This document shows, in pieces, positions 22,853 through 34,197 of a stretch of DNA of 44,590 nucleotides. Under the pieces are notes generated by a model. It was given only the letters and a program-made list of their open reading frames with translations, was not told the origin of the DNA and made no database searches. The DNA is from Craspedostauros australis (Eukaryota), in assembly GCA_030167865.1 (NCBI GenBank), contig JALAGF010003913.1:1-44590 (forward strand). The letters are read 5' to 3'. The position numbers were made by a program, and so were the translations under genes. Every line of letters begins with the position of its first letter. The stretch's first letter is position 1.

Positions 22853-24143
22853 GGCGTCCAATCGGCGCTCGCTCTTTGCGTGTCTCCACTTCTGCGAATC
22901 TATTGTTGTCACTGCTGTTGTCACTGCTGTTGTCGCTGAGAGATGCGATGAGCAAACTGCCACGACTGCCGCTGCCCGCCCTCGTTGGTTGGTTGGCGGT
23001 GACGCTTGCGCAGCCTCGCTCGAAGGATATGTGCGTTTGCCACTACCTCTCTCTTGCTGTTGCTGCTTGCTTGCTGCCTGCTCCGTGTCTGTGTTGCAAG
23101 TGCGAGCTTCGTTGGAATCTGACTTGCCCTCTTTTGTGACGCCGCTCTTGGATCCGATGCCACAGCGGATGCGGCAAGCTACTCAAACGCGTGCGAGAAG
23201 AGGACACCTGGAAGTGTGGATACGAGTGCAGCACACAACTGCGATGATCTTTGCGTGTTCTGGTACGTGGAAGTCCTACTGTGGGTGTCGTCGATTCGCT
23301 TGTGCTGATTGTTGGTTGGATTTGAACCTCCGCAGAAATTCGCCAGACATCCTTATCCTTAGCGTTGTTTGCTGAATTCAAACAGTTTTGTGTAATACCA
23401 CCGATGGTACTTCTAGGGATAATCCGACTGGCCAAGATCCAAACAACCCCAAAACTCACAAACAAGGAGGCGTTCTTGTTGAAAGATCTTCATGACGCCA
23501 TGACGCCGCCGTGCCGCAACGAGCAGGGCGAGCAACCAGAACAGCCAGAGACTCAACAACATCATGTACCGCACGAGCCAGATCGCATAGTCCATACTCC
23601 ACTATTAATGTCTACAACAACAACGACGCAACCGCAACTGAAATCACGATGACGAGAACAACTCTCGCTGCAATCCAGCATTGTTGGCGTGCCAAGGAGC
23701 AGCGCATCCACTGGTATGCCAGATGGAAGTGACTCCGCAGCACGCAGACGCGGTGCAGAGACATCGTTCCCCATCGCAACTGCTGCCCTCGCTGGATGCA
23801 GCATCATCCGAAGTGCATTGACGACAGGAACAGGCACGAGCATTGCATCTCCCTCGTTCGCAGCAATCACGCAGCTGATGCTGTGGCCTTGACGTTCTGC
23901 GCTGGATGCGCATCGGCGAAGATGTACTAGTGCAGCTCGTATCACATGCACGCTACAAAATTACGCAGAGCATGCGACTTATCATTCTGCTCTGCTCCAC
24001 TATACTTCACGATGGATGCATGAGTGGATGCTGGGGAGAGTCAGATCCCAACATGGGGCCTCCTCGTTGCCCTTGTTTCTATCAATGATCGCCGCAGCGC
24101 CATGTTACTGCGAGCCGCCACTGAGAAGCGTGCGTCCTTGATC

Positions 24144-24899
24144 TCAGGCTTCAAGCGTCACCGTGAATGTCAGAGTGTTGTCGTCGCGCCCTCTCTCAAG
24201 AACATCCTTTCTCATCACGAACTCTTTCCATCCCCGACCGCCTCTGCCTTTGGTGTAACTGCGCCATCCCGATACCCTCTTGATGTCAAGCTTCTTGATC
24301 TCAATCGTATGCTTCACGGAGCACCTGTCGTTCGATTTCCACGAGACCCAATCTGGACACAGGTATATTGCGATGTACCCTTCTTTATCGTCGCCCATGC
24401 TCTTGTCCTCGCCTCTTGGATAGAGCCTCAAGTACCATTTCAGACCATGGAAATCAAAGGTCCCAGAGAACAGGGATTGGATGGGTGCATGGGCCAGTCT
24501 TGAGAAGTTGTGGAAGTGCACATCGACAACTTCCTTCAGCACACAATCGGTTGAAGACTTGCCAACATGCACAACATGTCTCGTTATCTTCTTCGGCAAA
24601 GGTTTCGTGCAGTCTGCCTTTGATGGCGACACAACATTTTTGCTCGTCTTCGCGGATGGAGAAGGAGGAATGGTATTCATACTTGTCGTCGTGCTTGTTG
24701 CTCGTTTCCATTTTATGCGGGTTCGTCTCTGGTTGATCTTTGTGCAACATGGTTGGCGTAGATTCGTAACGTTGTGGTCGTGCTTCGCCATGTCGCTCGC
24801 AGTCCACGATCGTGTCATTAACGACGTGCTACGCATTGGTGCTACTATTCGTACATGTGCACAACATCGTGTTTTCCTACGGTGCTGACACAAGTCCAT
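24144..24899 (-). CDS. MATH (TRAF-like) domain-only protein, copy 1; start uncertain
   Basis: MATH signature FHNFSRL...FDFHGLKWYLRLYPRG...GYIAIYL...GRGWKEFVMRKDVL...DNTLTFTVTLEA followed by TGA. Several in-frame ATGs (24899 to 24680) are possible starts. Confidence 0.8.
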   Translation of the reverse strand: MDLCQHRRKTRCCAHVRIVAPMRSTSLMTRSWTASDMAKHDHNVTNLRQPCCTKINQRRTRIKWKRATSTTTSMNTIPPSPSAKTSKNVVSPSKADCTKPLPKKITRHVVHVGKSSTDCVLKEVVDVHFHNFSRLAHAPIQSLFSGTFDFHGLKWYLRLYPRGEDKSMGDDKEGYIAIYLCPDWVSWKSNDRCSVKHTIEIKKLDIKRVSGWRSYTKGRGGRGWKEFVMRKDVLERGRDDNTLTFTVTLEA

Positions 24900-25668
24900 G
24901 AAGCCGTGGCGACCCACTCGGCTCTACTTGTCTTTGCCTCTCACAGCGTGATGTTCTCCGCCTTTGTGAGATCGGGCCTTCGCATAACATGCACCAGCGT
25001 GTACGGGAAATGGAGACGACGATCGATGAAGGCCAGAGGGAAACGGAGACGCCGCGTTGTGAGCATGGTGGGACCCGTTCGTTGATTTAGTGGTGGAACA
25101 TACGTACCAAGACCCGCACGTACGCACGAGCAATAGAAGTTGGTTGCCGCATCTGTATTGGTACAGCAGGATTGAGATACATGCATACTCCGCTGTACTC
25201 GTACCGGTTCGGTCAAAGCATCTACTCGTCGCGAGGTGACATTCTCAACCGTGGACAGCACATGTGAAGCGTACAGCCGCCGGAGGATGGCACACGCCAT
25301 GATTCCAGCGGAGAGACACACGGCAGGTTCGATGGTGCTGAACAAGACTCACCCGTTGATGCACTGGCAATCACGTGGTCGGACTGCACAGAGAGCGCAA
25401 CGTGTGCGTATAAAGCTATGCTCAATGGTAGACTATCGCTACGTTTAGATTGAGTTGCTACCATCATCCTCGTGTGGCTGTCCGACGGCTGAACCGATGG
25501 CGAGACCTGCCGGAGGGGTCCTTGCCTCATGGCCACTTGGCCAGCATCTCTCTTGCCCATGCTGCTATTCTCTTAGTTGCGTGCACAGCGTTGCTTTGGG
25601 TGAACACGTCGAACATTCCTTCATCTTCCACGGCTATTTTGCGACGTACGCACATACCTTCTGCGTGG

Positions 25669-26301
25669 TCAGGCTTCGAGCGTCACAGTGAAAGTGACAG
25701 TGTCGTTTTCACGTCCATTGTCAAGGACATTGCTTCTCTTGACGAACTCGGCGGATCCCCATCCATCTCCTCCCTTGGCGTTTTTCTGGTTGGAACTGAG
25801 TGCATGATAGCCGAAGAAATTCATGCTCGGCCACAAATCGCCCAGTCCTTGACGGGTAGCGTAAGTGCGCCATCCGGGCACCAACATTGCATCCATCTTC
25901 TTGATCTCGAATATAGACTTGATGGTGCGCGTGTCCCGAAAGAACCACGAAGAAGTGTCGAGAAGCAGGTATGCTGCAACGTGTGCGCTACCTTCATCGC
26001 GTGTGGTCTTGCGGATACCTCTCGGAAACAGCTTCAGACGCCACTTCAAGCCTTGGAAATGAAAAGAGTCCGACAAGAGAGATTCACTTGGGGCATGGGG
26101 TAGCTTGGAAAAGTTGTTGACGTGGATGTCGACAACCTTCTTGGTGGCGTACTTGAGGGGTCTCGAGGACCCCGAAGATTCCCCGACATGCACAACTTCG
26201 TCTTGCAGATTATTCGATGAAAGCTTCGCATTGTTCCGATGCTCTCCTTCCAATCGGCGCACTTCGGCGAACAGAATCAGGGTTGAAATCATACCACCCA
26301 T
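25669..26301 (-). CDS. MATH domain-only protein, copy 2 (tandem paralog)
   Basis: VVHVGESS...VDIHVNNFSKLPHAP...FHFQGLKWRLKLFPRG...HVAAYL...GWGSAEFVKRSNVL...NDTVTFTVTLEA followed by TGA. It is colinear with copy 1 and stops at the same position. An acceptor-like CTTCCTCCAG just upstream hints at a further 5' exon. Confidence 0.8.
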   Translation of the reverse strand: MGGMISTLILFAEVRRLEGEHRNNAKLSSNNLQDEVVHVGESSGSSRPLKYATKKVVDIHVNNFSKLPHAPSESLLSDSFHFQGLKWRLKLFPRGIRKTTRDEGSAHVAAYLLLDTSSWFFRDTRTIKSIFEIKKMDAMLVPGWRTYATRQGLGDLWPSMNFFGYHALSSNQKNAKGGDGWGSAEFVKRSNVLDNGRENDTVTFTVTLEA

Positions 26302-27173
26302 TGTTAATCTTGGAACCTAGTCTGGAGGAAGTAAAGTGGAGTGGAGTAGATTAGCGGGAGCAGAACACGGTCAGCGACGAGGGGTTCCAGTGTGAGCAGA
26401 TTATGGGCGATGTGTGTTGGGTGATGTATGGATGTGAACATTTGGGCGGCGTCGCTGAATGCGGGCGATAGTTCACCACCAGTCTCATCCACTACCGTCG
26501 TATGCTTTACTGATGCGTACTGTACACACGAGTATGCTTCGTTTGCTTCCTGACAACGCGAGTACTCGCCCATCGTGGAACTCTTGTTGTGTGAGTACAC
26601 ACAGCATCAAGCTGCCGCGTGTCGTGTTCTGTCGAGTTTTGCCGCGGACGATTTCGTGACGATTTGTGAGCCCAAACCGTCGAAATTGGTAGTCGTGCAT
26701 ATCGTCCGTGCGTTTGTACGTTACATGAGGCCAATTCGAATGAATCAAAGCTAGATCCTGGAGATGATTATTGAATCACCGACTTGCGACCACGCCTCAA
26801 GTGACCCTCCGGAGCGGCATCGCACACCATTGTCACTAACATGCTCGTACTCGTATCTCACAGCGTGGAATGAACTCATTCTACTTGATTGTAGGAGCTG
26901 CACTCCAATGAACCCAAGAGAGCAGAGCAGAGCAGAGTGGAGTATGGCTGTGCATGGGACTCCATCAGTGAGAGATGACGCGAAGTGGCCATTGTTTCCA
27001 GCTGGGTCTCTCTCTCTCTTGACCGAGCGACCGAATCGAACGAACGTGGCATACATTTCTGATAACCTCGGAATGCGTACAGTCGTCAAGCCATCGGAGA
27101 GGTCGTCGTTCAAGAAGTAGCCATCGATTAGTTGATGCCTCCAGTGTGCTTTTCGCCAGAGGAGCAAGCAGGT

Positions 27174-28598
27174 TCACTGCATCGTCGTCGTTGGCTTGCG
27201 GAAGATTTGTGCAATGCCCTGAAGGGGTACATACGGCGTGGTGTCATGCGAAGAGTATAGCATAGCATAGCATGGGAAGTTGGTGAACGTCAAGGAAGGT
27301 CAAAGACGCACGTCCGGTTTGACACATCGAAAGAGATAAGGGAAGCAAGCAAGTGAGCAAACACCGCCGCAAATGTTGGCCATGCGCTTCCAATGTACAA
27401 GCAGGTGGTATGCCAAGAATCGATGCAGATCAGACAGAACTGAAGCACGTTTGCAGCATTGTGTGCAGCACACAACAAGGCGCACACCACATAGTACACG
27501 CAACAAGAACCACAACCACAACCACATTCACTTGTGCTTACCTCGGCGGCCTCCACATCCCAAGTTTCGATATGATCGGTGACGAGGTATGTGTTGGGAT
27601 CGATGTCGTACCGCACACCCCAGTTCCATGCCAGGATTGGCTTCCACGGCAGATTCACTTCCAGCTGGACGGCGAGCTGCGGGCAGTGTCCATGTTCGTG
27701 TGGCATGTACAGTACACATGATGTGTGATTCGCGTGGTTTGATGCCAAGATATGTGAATGTGCCGATACCATGGACAGTCCGGAAAAGAAGAGACACAAT
27801 ACAAACACGTGAGTCGACGATCCAAGAAGCAACGACGCGACGCCATGCATGCATGCACAGAACATCTAAATATCACAAGAAGGAACGTACCGTGCTCTGG
27901 ACCTGGTTGCCGGTCTGTTCATAGGACAGAACCTCCGCCTTGTACTTGGAGACGAAGGTGCTGAGATTGGAAAGGTTGTTGACGAAGCGATCGCGTCCTC
28001 GGAAGGCGGTGAAAGGATCAGCGTAGAGGCATTGATCCTCGTAGATGTTGACGTCCACATCGCCGCTGAAGAAGTACTGACGTTGCACGAGATCCTCTTC
28101 GATGCGGCGGATGGTCTCGTCGACGGAGGTAGGCGGAGGCCGGTTGGCCAGCTCGGCGTCCTGCGCCTTGGAGGGACCCACTATGTTGCCGAGCGTTTCG
28201 GCGGTGTACGCGGATGCCTTGACCAGCGCGTTGGTGGTCTGCGTCGTCGCGGAACTCACGTCGGCGTTGCTGGCTATTGTCATGGTGCTGCTGATAGCGG
28301 CGCTGCTAATGGTGGTAGCATCGATGGCTTTGCTGATCCCGAAGATGCCATCCATGCCTTGCCTGTGCTGATATTGCTGCTGCTCCTTGATGAGCCGGAA
28401 AGCGACGCTGTTGGGATCCTGATTGCCGACTGTGTGCTGGGTGGGAGGAAGAGCCACCGGGGGTTGCGGAGAGACGACGAGGGCCTCTGATTGCACCAGG
28501 AGGCTTGCAACGGAAAGGCAGAAGGTCACGAAAGCAGCAGAGCCGCGCCGCTGTCTGCCATGGGATCTGCTTGATTCGCCCATCTTCATTGCCGGCAT
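27174..28598 (-). CDS. DUF2358-like (SnoaL/NTF2-like) protein with bipartite plastid-type presequence; 3 exons (28598-27891, 27676-27542, 27218-27174), 295 aa
   Basis: The sequence EDLVQRQYFFSGDVDVNIYEDQCLYADPFTAFRGRDRFVNNL...LPWKPILAWNWGVRYDID...HIETWDVEAAE|GIAQIFRKP is assembled through introns GTACGT...GCAG and GTAAGC...TCAG, both phase 0. A hydrophobic signal AAFVTFCLSVASLLVQSEA-L precedes it. Confidence 0.85.
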
Positions 28599-28687
28599 TG
28601 TTGTGAGTGTGCTGCTGATGATGATGATGGTAATGATGTCGCCGATACTGTACGAGCTCCTTGTCTCGGTAGGTATGGGTGCTGTTC

Positions 28688-28794
28688 AGGTCCGCAAAGA
28701 TCTTTGAAGTGCGTGTTTTCTGTCGTCTGGTGTGCCAACGAGACAGGTCCCATGAGGTCCACAAAGATCTTTGAAGTGCGTGTTGCCTGTCGTC
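28688..28794. repeat. 40-bp direct repeat pair (67-bp period) upstream of the DUF2358-like gene
   Basis: aggtccgcaaagatctttgaagtgcgtgttttctgtcgtc (28688-28727) versus aggtccacaaagatctttgaagtgcgtgttgcctgtcgtc (28755-28794), with 3 mismatches. Confidence 0.85.
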
Positions 28795-30114
28795 GCCGTG
28801 GTTGGGAAAAACGCCCTGATTTTCGCCAGAGATGATCGCAGAAGGAAGCGCGGCAACCCTGAAACCACGGTGACGTCACTACCATGTCGCATTGGGCACA
28901 TGTTCGTGTTTGTCTTGTCGAACAACAGTACCCGTGAATGAGAATTGCTTCGTGACTCGGTCATTGAAGCGATTAACACAACAAACTCTTGGCGAAAGCA
29001 GCGCGCCATAATTAGCATATTCTCATGACGTCATCATGGACAGGAACAAGAACGAAACGACACCGGATGAATCCCGCGTGTTGCGGTTTGGAGATGTGAA
29101 GATGAGAAAGGCAACAACACCATGCACGATTTGGCTGGAGGCGAACGTGGTGAATCGCGATGAATCGCGGTGAATAGTGGTGGTTGAAGATGGTGAACAT
29201 TCTTCGTTGTGGTCACAGGAAGAGCTATCTTGTCGCAGAGGCGGGAGGCCTTTCGTTGCGCGCGTTGATCTTGGTTGTTGCCTCGTCTGTCTCCACCTCC
29301 AGAAAGGCGCGCGCCATCCGCCCACTCCCCTCTCCCGATCTTGCCACCAAGGGCGCACAATCTTCATTTCCCTTGGACTGGATCGCAATACTCTGCCTTC
29401 CCCTCGTTGAATCATCGATGCACCCTGATGGTACGATCCATTACACTTGCAGACACACCGAACGTCAACACTGGGGCAGCCTCAGAAGAGGAAGCGGAAG
29501 AGCAGATTGCCGATACCACCTCCCAAACGGGAAAAGCGAACTGCAGAGCTCGAAAAGCACCGACCAACTGGAGGAGCCACTTTCATCGTTCTGGTGGAAT
29601 AGCTCGCAGGTCGTAGCTCGTGCGAGTAGATCGTTCTCGAATCGTTGCAGAACATCGGCACAGAGGGAGGGAACCGCGGCAACGACACGGGCCAGAGGGA
29701 TCATACCACGATCACGAGCACTGTTTGGAGTTGGTTCATCAACAAGCAACCAGCAGCCAGGCAACCAGCAAACATCACAACAAGAGACTGCAGGCGACGC
29801 CAACAGCACAAGGAAGGAACGATTTGCTCCTGGGCGAAGGCATCTTCTGGCAGAGAGGAGGACGATTCATCATCAGCGACGGAGACAGGCGCGCACTTAC
29901 ATCCCATTCCGAACTGCTATTACGGCCTATAATACTACTATTAGTAGCTCATACGACCGGCGAGACGCGAGTGCACAAATCGAAGCACAAACCGCACGAG
30001 TCTCCCTCCAGGAGAGGCTCGCAAGTTAACAGGCAGCGGTAGTCACAACAGACAGCAACAACAACAGCAACAGCGACGCCAACAACAACCAACGCAAGAG
30101 ACGTGGATGAAACC

Positions 30115-32438
30115 ATGAGCGCAGCTGATGGGTCGCGAGACTCTTCCGACTACTCCAACCTGTCGGAACAGCAGGAGGTCATCATCTCGGTCCTCACCGT
30201 CATCTCCAGCACTCTCTCAATATTTGGGTACGTCGCACCTTGCTCGGACCGATACCTGTGTTGGTACGCTGCTTGCGAGCACAACACTTCATCCGTGATG
30301 TTCATGTACGCTTTCAGGATGCATGGAACGGCGCCAAACACATCAGCATGTGACAGTTGATGGAGATTGGAATTGGGATTGCGATTCTTCGGTCCCTGCC
30401 ATCCACGATGCGATGTCCTGAACGCGAACCTGCAGAGCCCGTTCGGGTGGTTTCGTTTTCCTCTTGGCAACAAACTCTGTGTGATGCTGCTCCGGACAGA
30501 GTAGGCCGCGCGGCATCCTGACAATGGCGAAAACTCACATCACCATCACTGTTTATCATCCTCCACCCCTCCTTCGCGTTGCCTCCACTTCACTTGGCTC
30601 GACTCGACTCTTTATTGGCATCCACCTCCGCAACCATCTCCACTCACTTTGCTTCCAAATACATTGCCGCCGACCGATCCGCTGGCATGCCAACATGACA
30701 CGGTATCCTGCCATGCGCTATCTCATACCACGTCACGCCACACCATGCTTCATGACTGCAACCTGCTTCATGCAACAACGACAACAACAACACACACATG
30801 TACTCTTTGAATGGTGCAATCGGAACCATGCGGGCAATCAACTACTGTACCATACTCCTACGTACATCCTTTTCATCTGTGTGACCTCGCAGCTCGTCAA
30901 TGATCATAAATCTCGCATGGACCAACCCACGACAGACGCCCTACCGGCGGATTCTGCTGGGGCTGTCGATATCTGATGTGATGGCCTCTATCATGTTGGC
31001 AGCATCGCCGTTCTTGGTGCCGAAGTATCCAGGTTCCAGGGTTTGGGCCATCGGCAACGACACCACATGCTCGGTGCATGGATTCTTTGCGCAGGGATCC
31101 TTCAGCACGGTGTGGTACAGCGGATACCTCAGCCTGTACTACCTCATGACGGTGCGGTACGGGATAAAGAACGCGGACTTCGCTCGGAAGTACGAGATCT
31201 TCATCCATATCTCGGCTGTTTCCTACAGTTGGATAGCGTCCATCATCGGCATCTCGATAGGTCTCTTCAGCGAAAACGCATTGGGGGTCGGGTGCTGGGT
31301 TGCGGAATATCCGGAGAACTGCGAAGAGGACGACAGCTGCGTCGGTCAGTTCTACGGCTGGATTTTCGCCGGCGTCCCGACCTTCCTTTGGTTTGTTTTC
31401 ATCAGCGTCTCCAACTTCATGATCTACACGCACGTTCGCAGCACGATCAACAAGCCCAGCAACACGATGACCGACGAGAAGAAGAAACGCATCGCGCAGC
31501 TCGCGAATCAGGGATTCTTCTACGTCTTCTGCTTCTTCATGAGCTACGGCTGGGCGTTCGTTGTCAAGGTGGCGGAGAGCTTGAACTACAGCAAGGAGAA
31601 CGAGGCGGACATCTTCTTCCTCCTCGTGCTGCAATCGCTTTTCTTGCCGGCGCAGGGATTCATGAACTTGCTCGTCTACACGCGTCCCAACTACCTGCGA
31701 GTGCGTGACGAATACCCGCAGGAAACGCGTTGGTGGGCGGTGCGCAAATCATGGTTCGGCTCCATCGCACCCATACGAACCACAGATGTGGATGGCGCGA
31801 GCTTACCTCCCGTCAAGAACAAGAACAAGGGCAAGTTCATGATGGGGATGCGGTCGAGTCGCAAAAAGAGCAGCTCGAAACGCAACCAAAACAGTGGCGA
31901 TATCGAAAAGTACAGCGAAAGCAAAACGGCCGCGGCCATCACCGCTGCGGCGGCAAAGCAGCAGCAGCATCAGGAACGACGGCAGAAGGTCGCGGAAGGA
32001 TTCTCGCAGGAGATTGCCAAGGTGGAAACAGCCTTGGGATTCGGCAGCGGTAGCCATACGCAGACGCACCTGCCGTCTCACCACCGCACCCAAACCAACA
32101 CGAACTCCCATACGATGCTGCACACCGACTCCAGCAATGGCGGACAGCGCAATTCGCAGGTGCAGATACATGCCGAGCCGGTATTCATGCATCCCAGCGC
32201 GAGGCCAGTCCCCAGGCCGATGCACGCCCCAAAGGGGGCGGTGCGTGGGATCTTGCGGCAGTCGAGGGACCATTCACGGCCTCGCGTGCAAGAGGAGCTG
32301 ACCCGCGAAGATTCGATGGAACGGTTCCAGTCGACGGACGATGGCTTCGTCAGCGATGACGAGAATGGTGGGGTCGATGACGGCTGGGGTGGGCGGAATG
32401 ATCGCAACCGCAATAGAAACGGCAGAGGGAGGAGATGA
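30115..32438 (+). CDS. Seven-transmembrane GPCR-like receptor (cAMP-receptor/GPR157/Git3-like); 2 exons (30115-30227, 30893-32438), 552 aa
   Basis: Exon 1 supplies TM1 (VIISVLTVISSTLSIFG). Intron 30228-30892 (GTACGT...CGCAG, phase 2) joins it to SSMIIN...PYRRILLGLSISD...GNDTTCSVHGFF...CWV...LFLPAQGFMNLLVYTRP, followed by a long disordered C-tail. Confidence 0.88.
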
Positions 32439-33566
32439 TCGTGCAGTCTGTGCCGATTCAAATCAAGTCAATTGAATTCTACGCAAGCCGCTTCGAATTG
32501 ATTTGATTTGGTCGTGATTGTAATTGTGCGCTTGCGGAGCAGCGCTGTTTGAGCAATGGCCATTATCGGAGCGCGAAGCGTATGCTGCGAACATCGGAGA
32601 GCGGCAAGGGTGAGTGCAAGGCGGTTGAAGTATTGCCGTGCAGAAGAAACAATGGCGAAGAAAACAAGGCCGTCCAGATGCAACAATCATGAGACTCTGG
32701 CATTGGAAGGACTCAGCACGATGTCAGCAGGTCCAAAAAGATGACAGTCCTCTTGGTGGGAAAGCTTCGTTGGTGCGGACGTGAGCGCATCTATGAATAG
32801 GCAGGCACGCATCGGTCCTGGTCTCCAGGGGTGCGGTCAGTCGGCCCATCCATCCATGCATACATACATACAAATTCGTATGCATCTGGGCTAGGTCAGT
32901 CCAGTTCGTACTGTAGGAAAAAGACAACATTGCGAAGATTTAGAGGGAAATGTGCGAATTCAATCCGCTACATTTCTGTCCTTGTAAACTCCAAACCGAT
33001 GGAGAGACAAATCAGCGGATCATTCCTGTCACGAGCAAGCAATGGGCGCGCGTCGATTTCATTCACGATGCCGAAGATGGTATCATAAAGGAGGAGGAAG
33101 GGATGCCAAATTACAGTTGTCTTCCAACAAGCCACTACTGGCACGCCCTGATGCAATCGCACAACAACATCCGCCTCTCCGAGCAATCAAATTGCAGCAC
33201 CGAACACGGTCCAGCATCATTGCGTACAAGTACGCACTCTGCTCTTCGCCACTCCATTCCACTCCGCTTGAGACTGAATTAGAATAGCAGACAGTCTGAG
33301 ACCTGTCGTAACGTCAAATCAATTGTTCATCGAGTACTCGGACGAATACGGCACGTGTACCATGCAATATGAGTCGAACAAACCATGTGCGCTTCATGAT
33401 GTGCGAGTATCAACAACTGCGGACAAGATGAGTGTGTTAATCTATGTACAAAGAGTACTTCTGTGTCACAACTACATACGAGCACTGTATCATAGAATAT
33501 CACTTTTTAGAAATTACACCATTGTTGCGACCTTGCATCTCATGCAGATTCGATGCCATCCCCATT

Positions 33567-33633
33567 CCTCCTTGTTCAGATGGTTTTGTCACCCGTTTAC
33601 TACGGGCGAGACCTTCCATCGTCATTCAGGAAG
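33567..33633 (-). promoter_or_regulatory. Candidate SECIS element in the selenoprotein 3' UTR
   Basis: The minus strand reads cttcct ga ATGAC gatgg aag gtc tc gcccg tagtaaa cgggt gac aaaa ccatc TGAA ca aggagg. This gives a lower helix, an AUGAN/NGAN core, an upper helix and an apical mini-stem, about 180 nt after the stop. The apical AA is not at the canonical spacing. Confidence 0.6.
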
Positions 33634-33810
33634 CAATCGCAGGTAGAGTACGATCTATGCTTTTCGATACCTACACATACGTTGGGGGCGTGGCATCCAC
33701 ATCGGCATGCGGCTGGAGGCGCGAGGGATCATGGAATGAACCTGAACGGAATTGCGCTCACGGTGCGTTGCTGTTCGCGTGCGAGACCGCAACTCCTGTC
33801 CTCGACACAG

Positions 33811-34137
33811 CTACTGCGCCTCCAAAATCTTGCGGATCTTGCCGAGAAGCTGCTCTCGCTCCTTCGGCGTCGTCAGGTATCGTTCTCCCTCGGACATGCG
33901 GGTCTTCTTGGAATGCAACAGCATCTTCTTGGGCTTGCCCGTCGCATCGTCCAGCACATCAGGATGCTTCAGCACGACCTCAAAGTTCCCGGTAGGTCGA
34001 GGGTCGCGCTTGCCCTGGATCTTCACGTCCAGGCCTTGCTCTTGCATCCATTTCCGGGCCTCGATGTAGTAGCGCTGGAAGCCTCATGCTCCGCAGTACT
34101 GGATCGTGATGGATGGCTTCGTCTGGTTGGCGCCCAT
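33811..34137 (-). CDS. Selenoprotein W-like (Rdx family) protein, 108 aa, with Sec encoded by in-frame TGA at 34086-34084
   Basis: The ATG at 34137 gives MGANQTKPSITIQYCGA-TGA-GFQRYYIEARKWMQEQGLDVKIQGKRDPRPTGNFEVVLK...LLHSKK...LLGKIRKILEAQ*. I.YCxxUG, TGNFEV and LHSKK are hallmark SelW/Rdx motifs. The ORF track reports only the 78-aa part after the TGA. Confidence 0.9.
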
Positions 34138-34169
34138 TGTTCTTCGTTCTTCGTTGTGTTGCTTGTTCC

Positions 34170-34197
34170 TGCTGATGCTGATGCTGATGCTGATGCC
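34170..34197. repeat. (GCTGAT)n hexamer microsatellite upstream of the selenoprotein ATG
   Basis: tgctgatgctgatgctgatgctgatgcc seen directly. Confidence 0.75.

Noticed and set aside
20301-22939. Several 200-300 aa plus-strand ORFs
   Set aside because: Antisense to the low-complexity TPX2-like ORF.
23365-24088. Short overlapping ORFs between the TPX2-like and MATH genes
   Set aside because: No recognisable domain or splice-supported model.
24144-25671. TGA ends of the two MATH genes as possible Sec or read-through codons
   Set aside because: They fall at the natural domain end, there is no redox motif, and the downstream sequences are not conserved between the copies.
29184-30029. 281-aa ORF upstream of the GPCR
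   Set aside because: Non-ATG track start, no domain and no clear codon bias; probably promoter or 5' UTR.
33468-33543. Second ATGA-N13-AA-N23-GA pattern on the minus strand as alternative SECIS
   Set aside because: The spacing fits, but the two arms of helix II do not base-pair.
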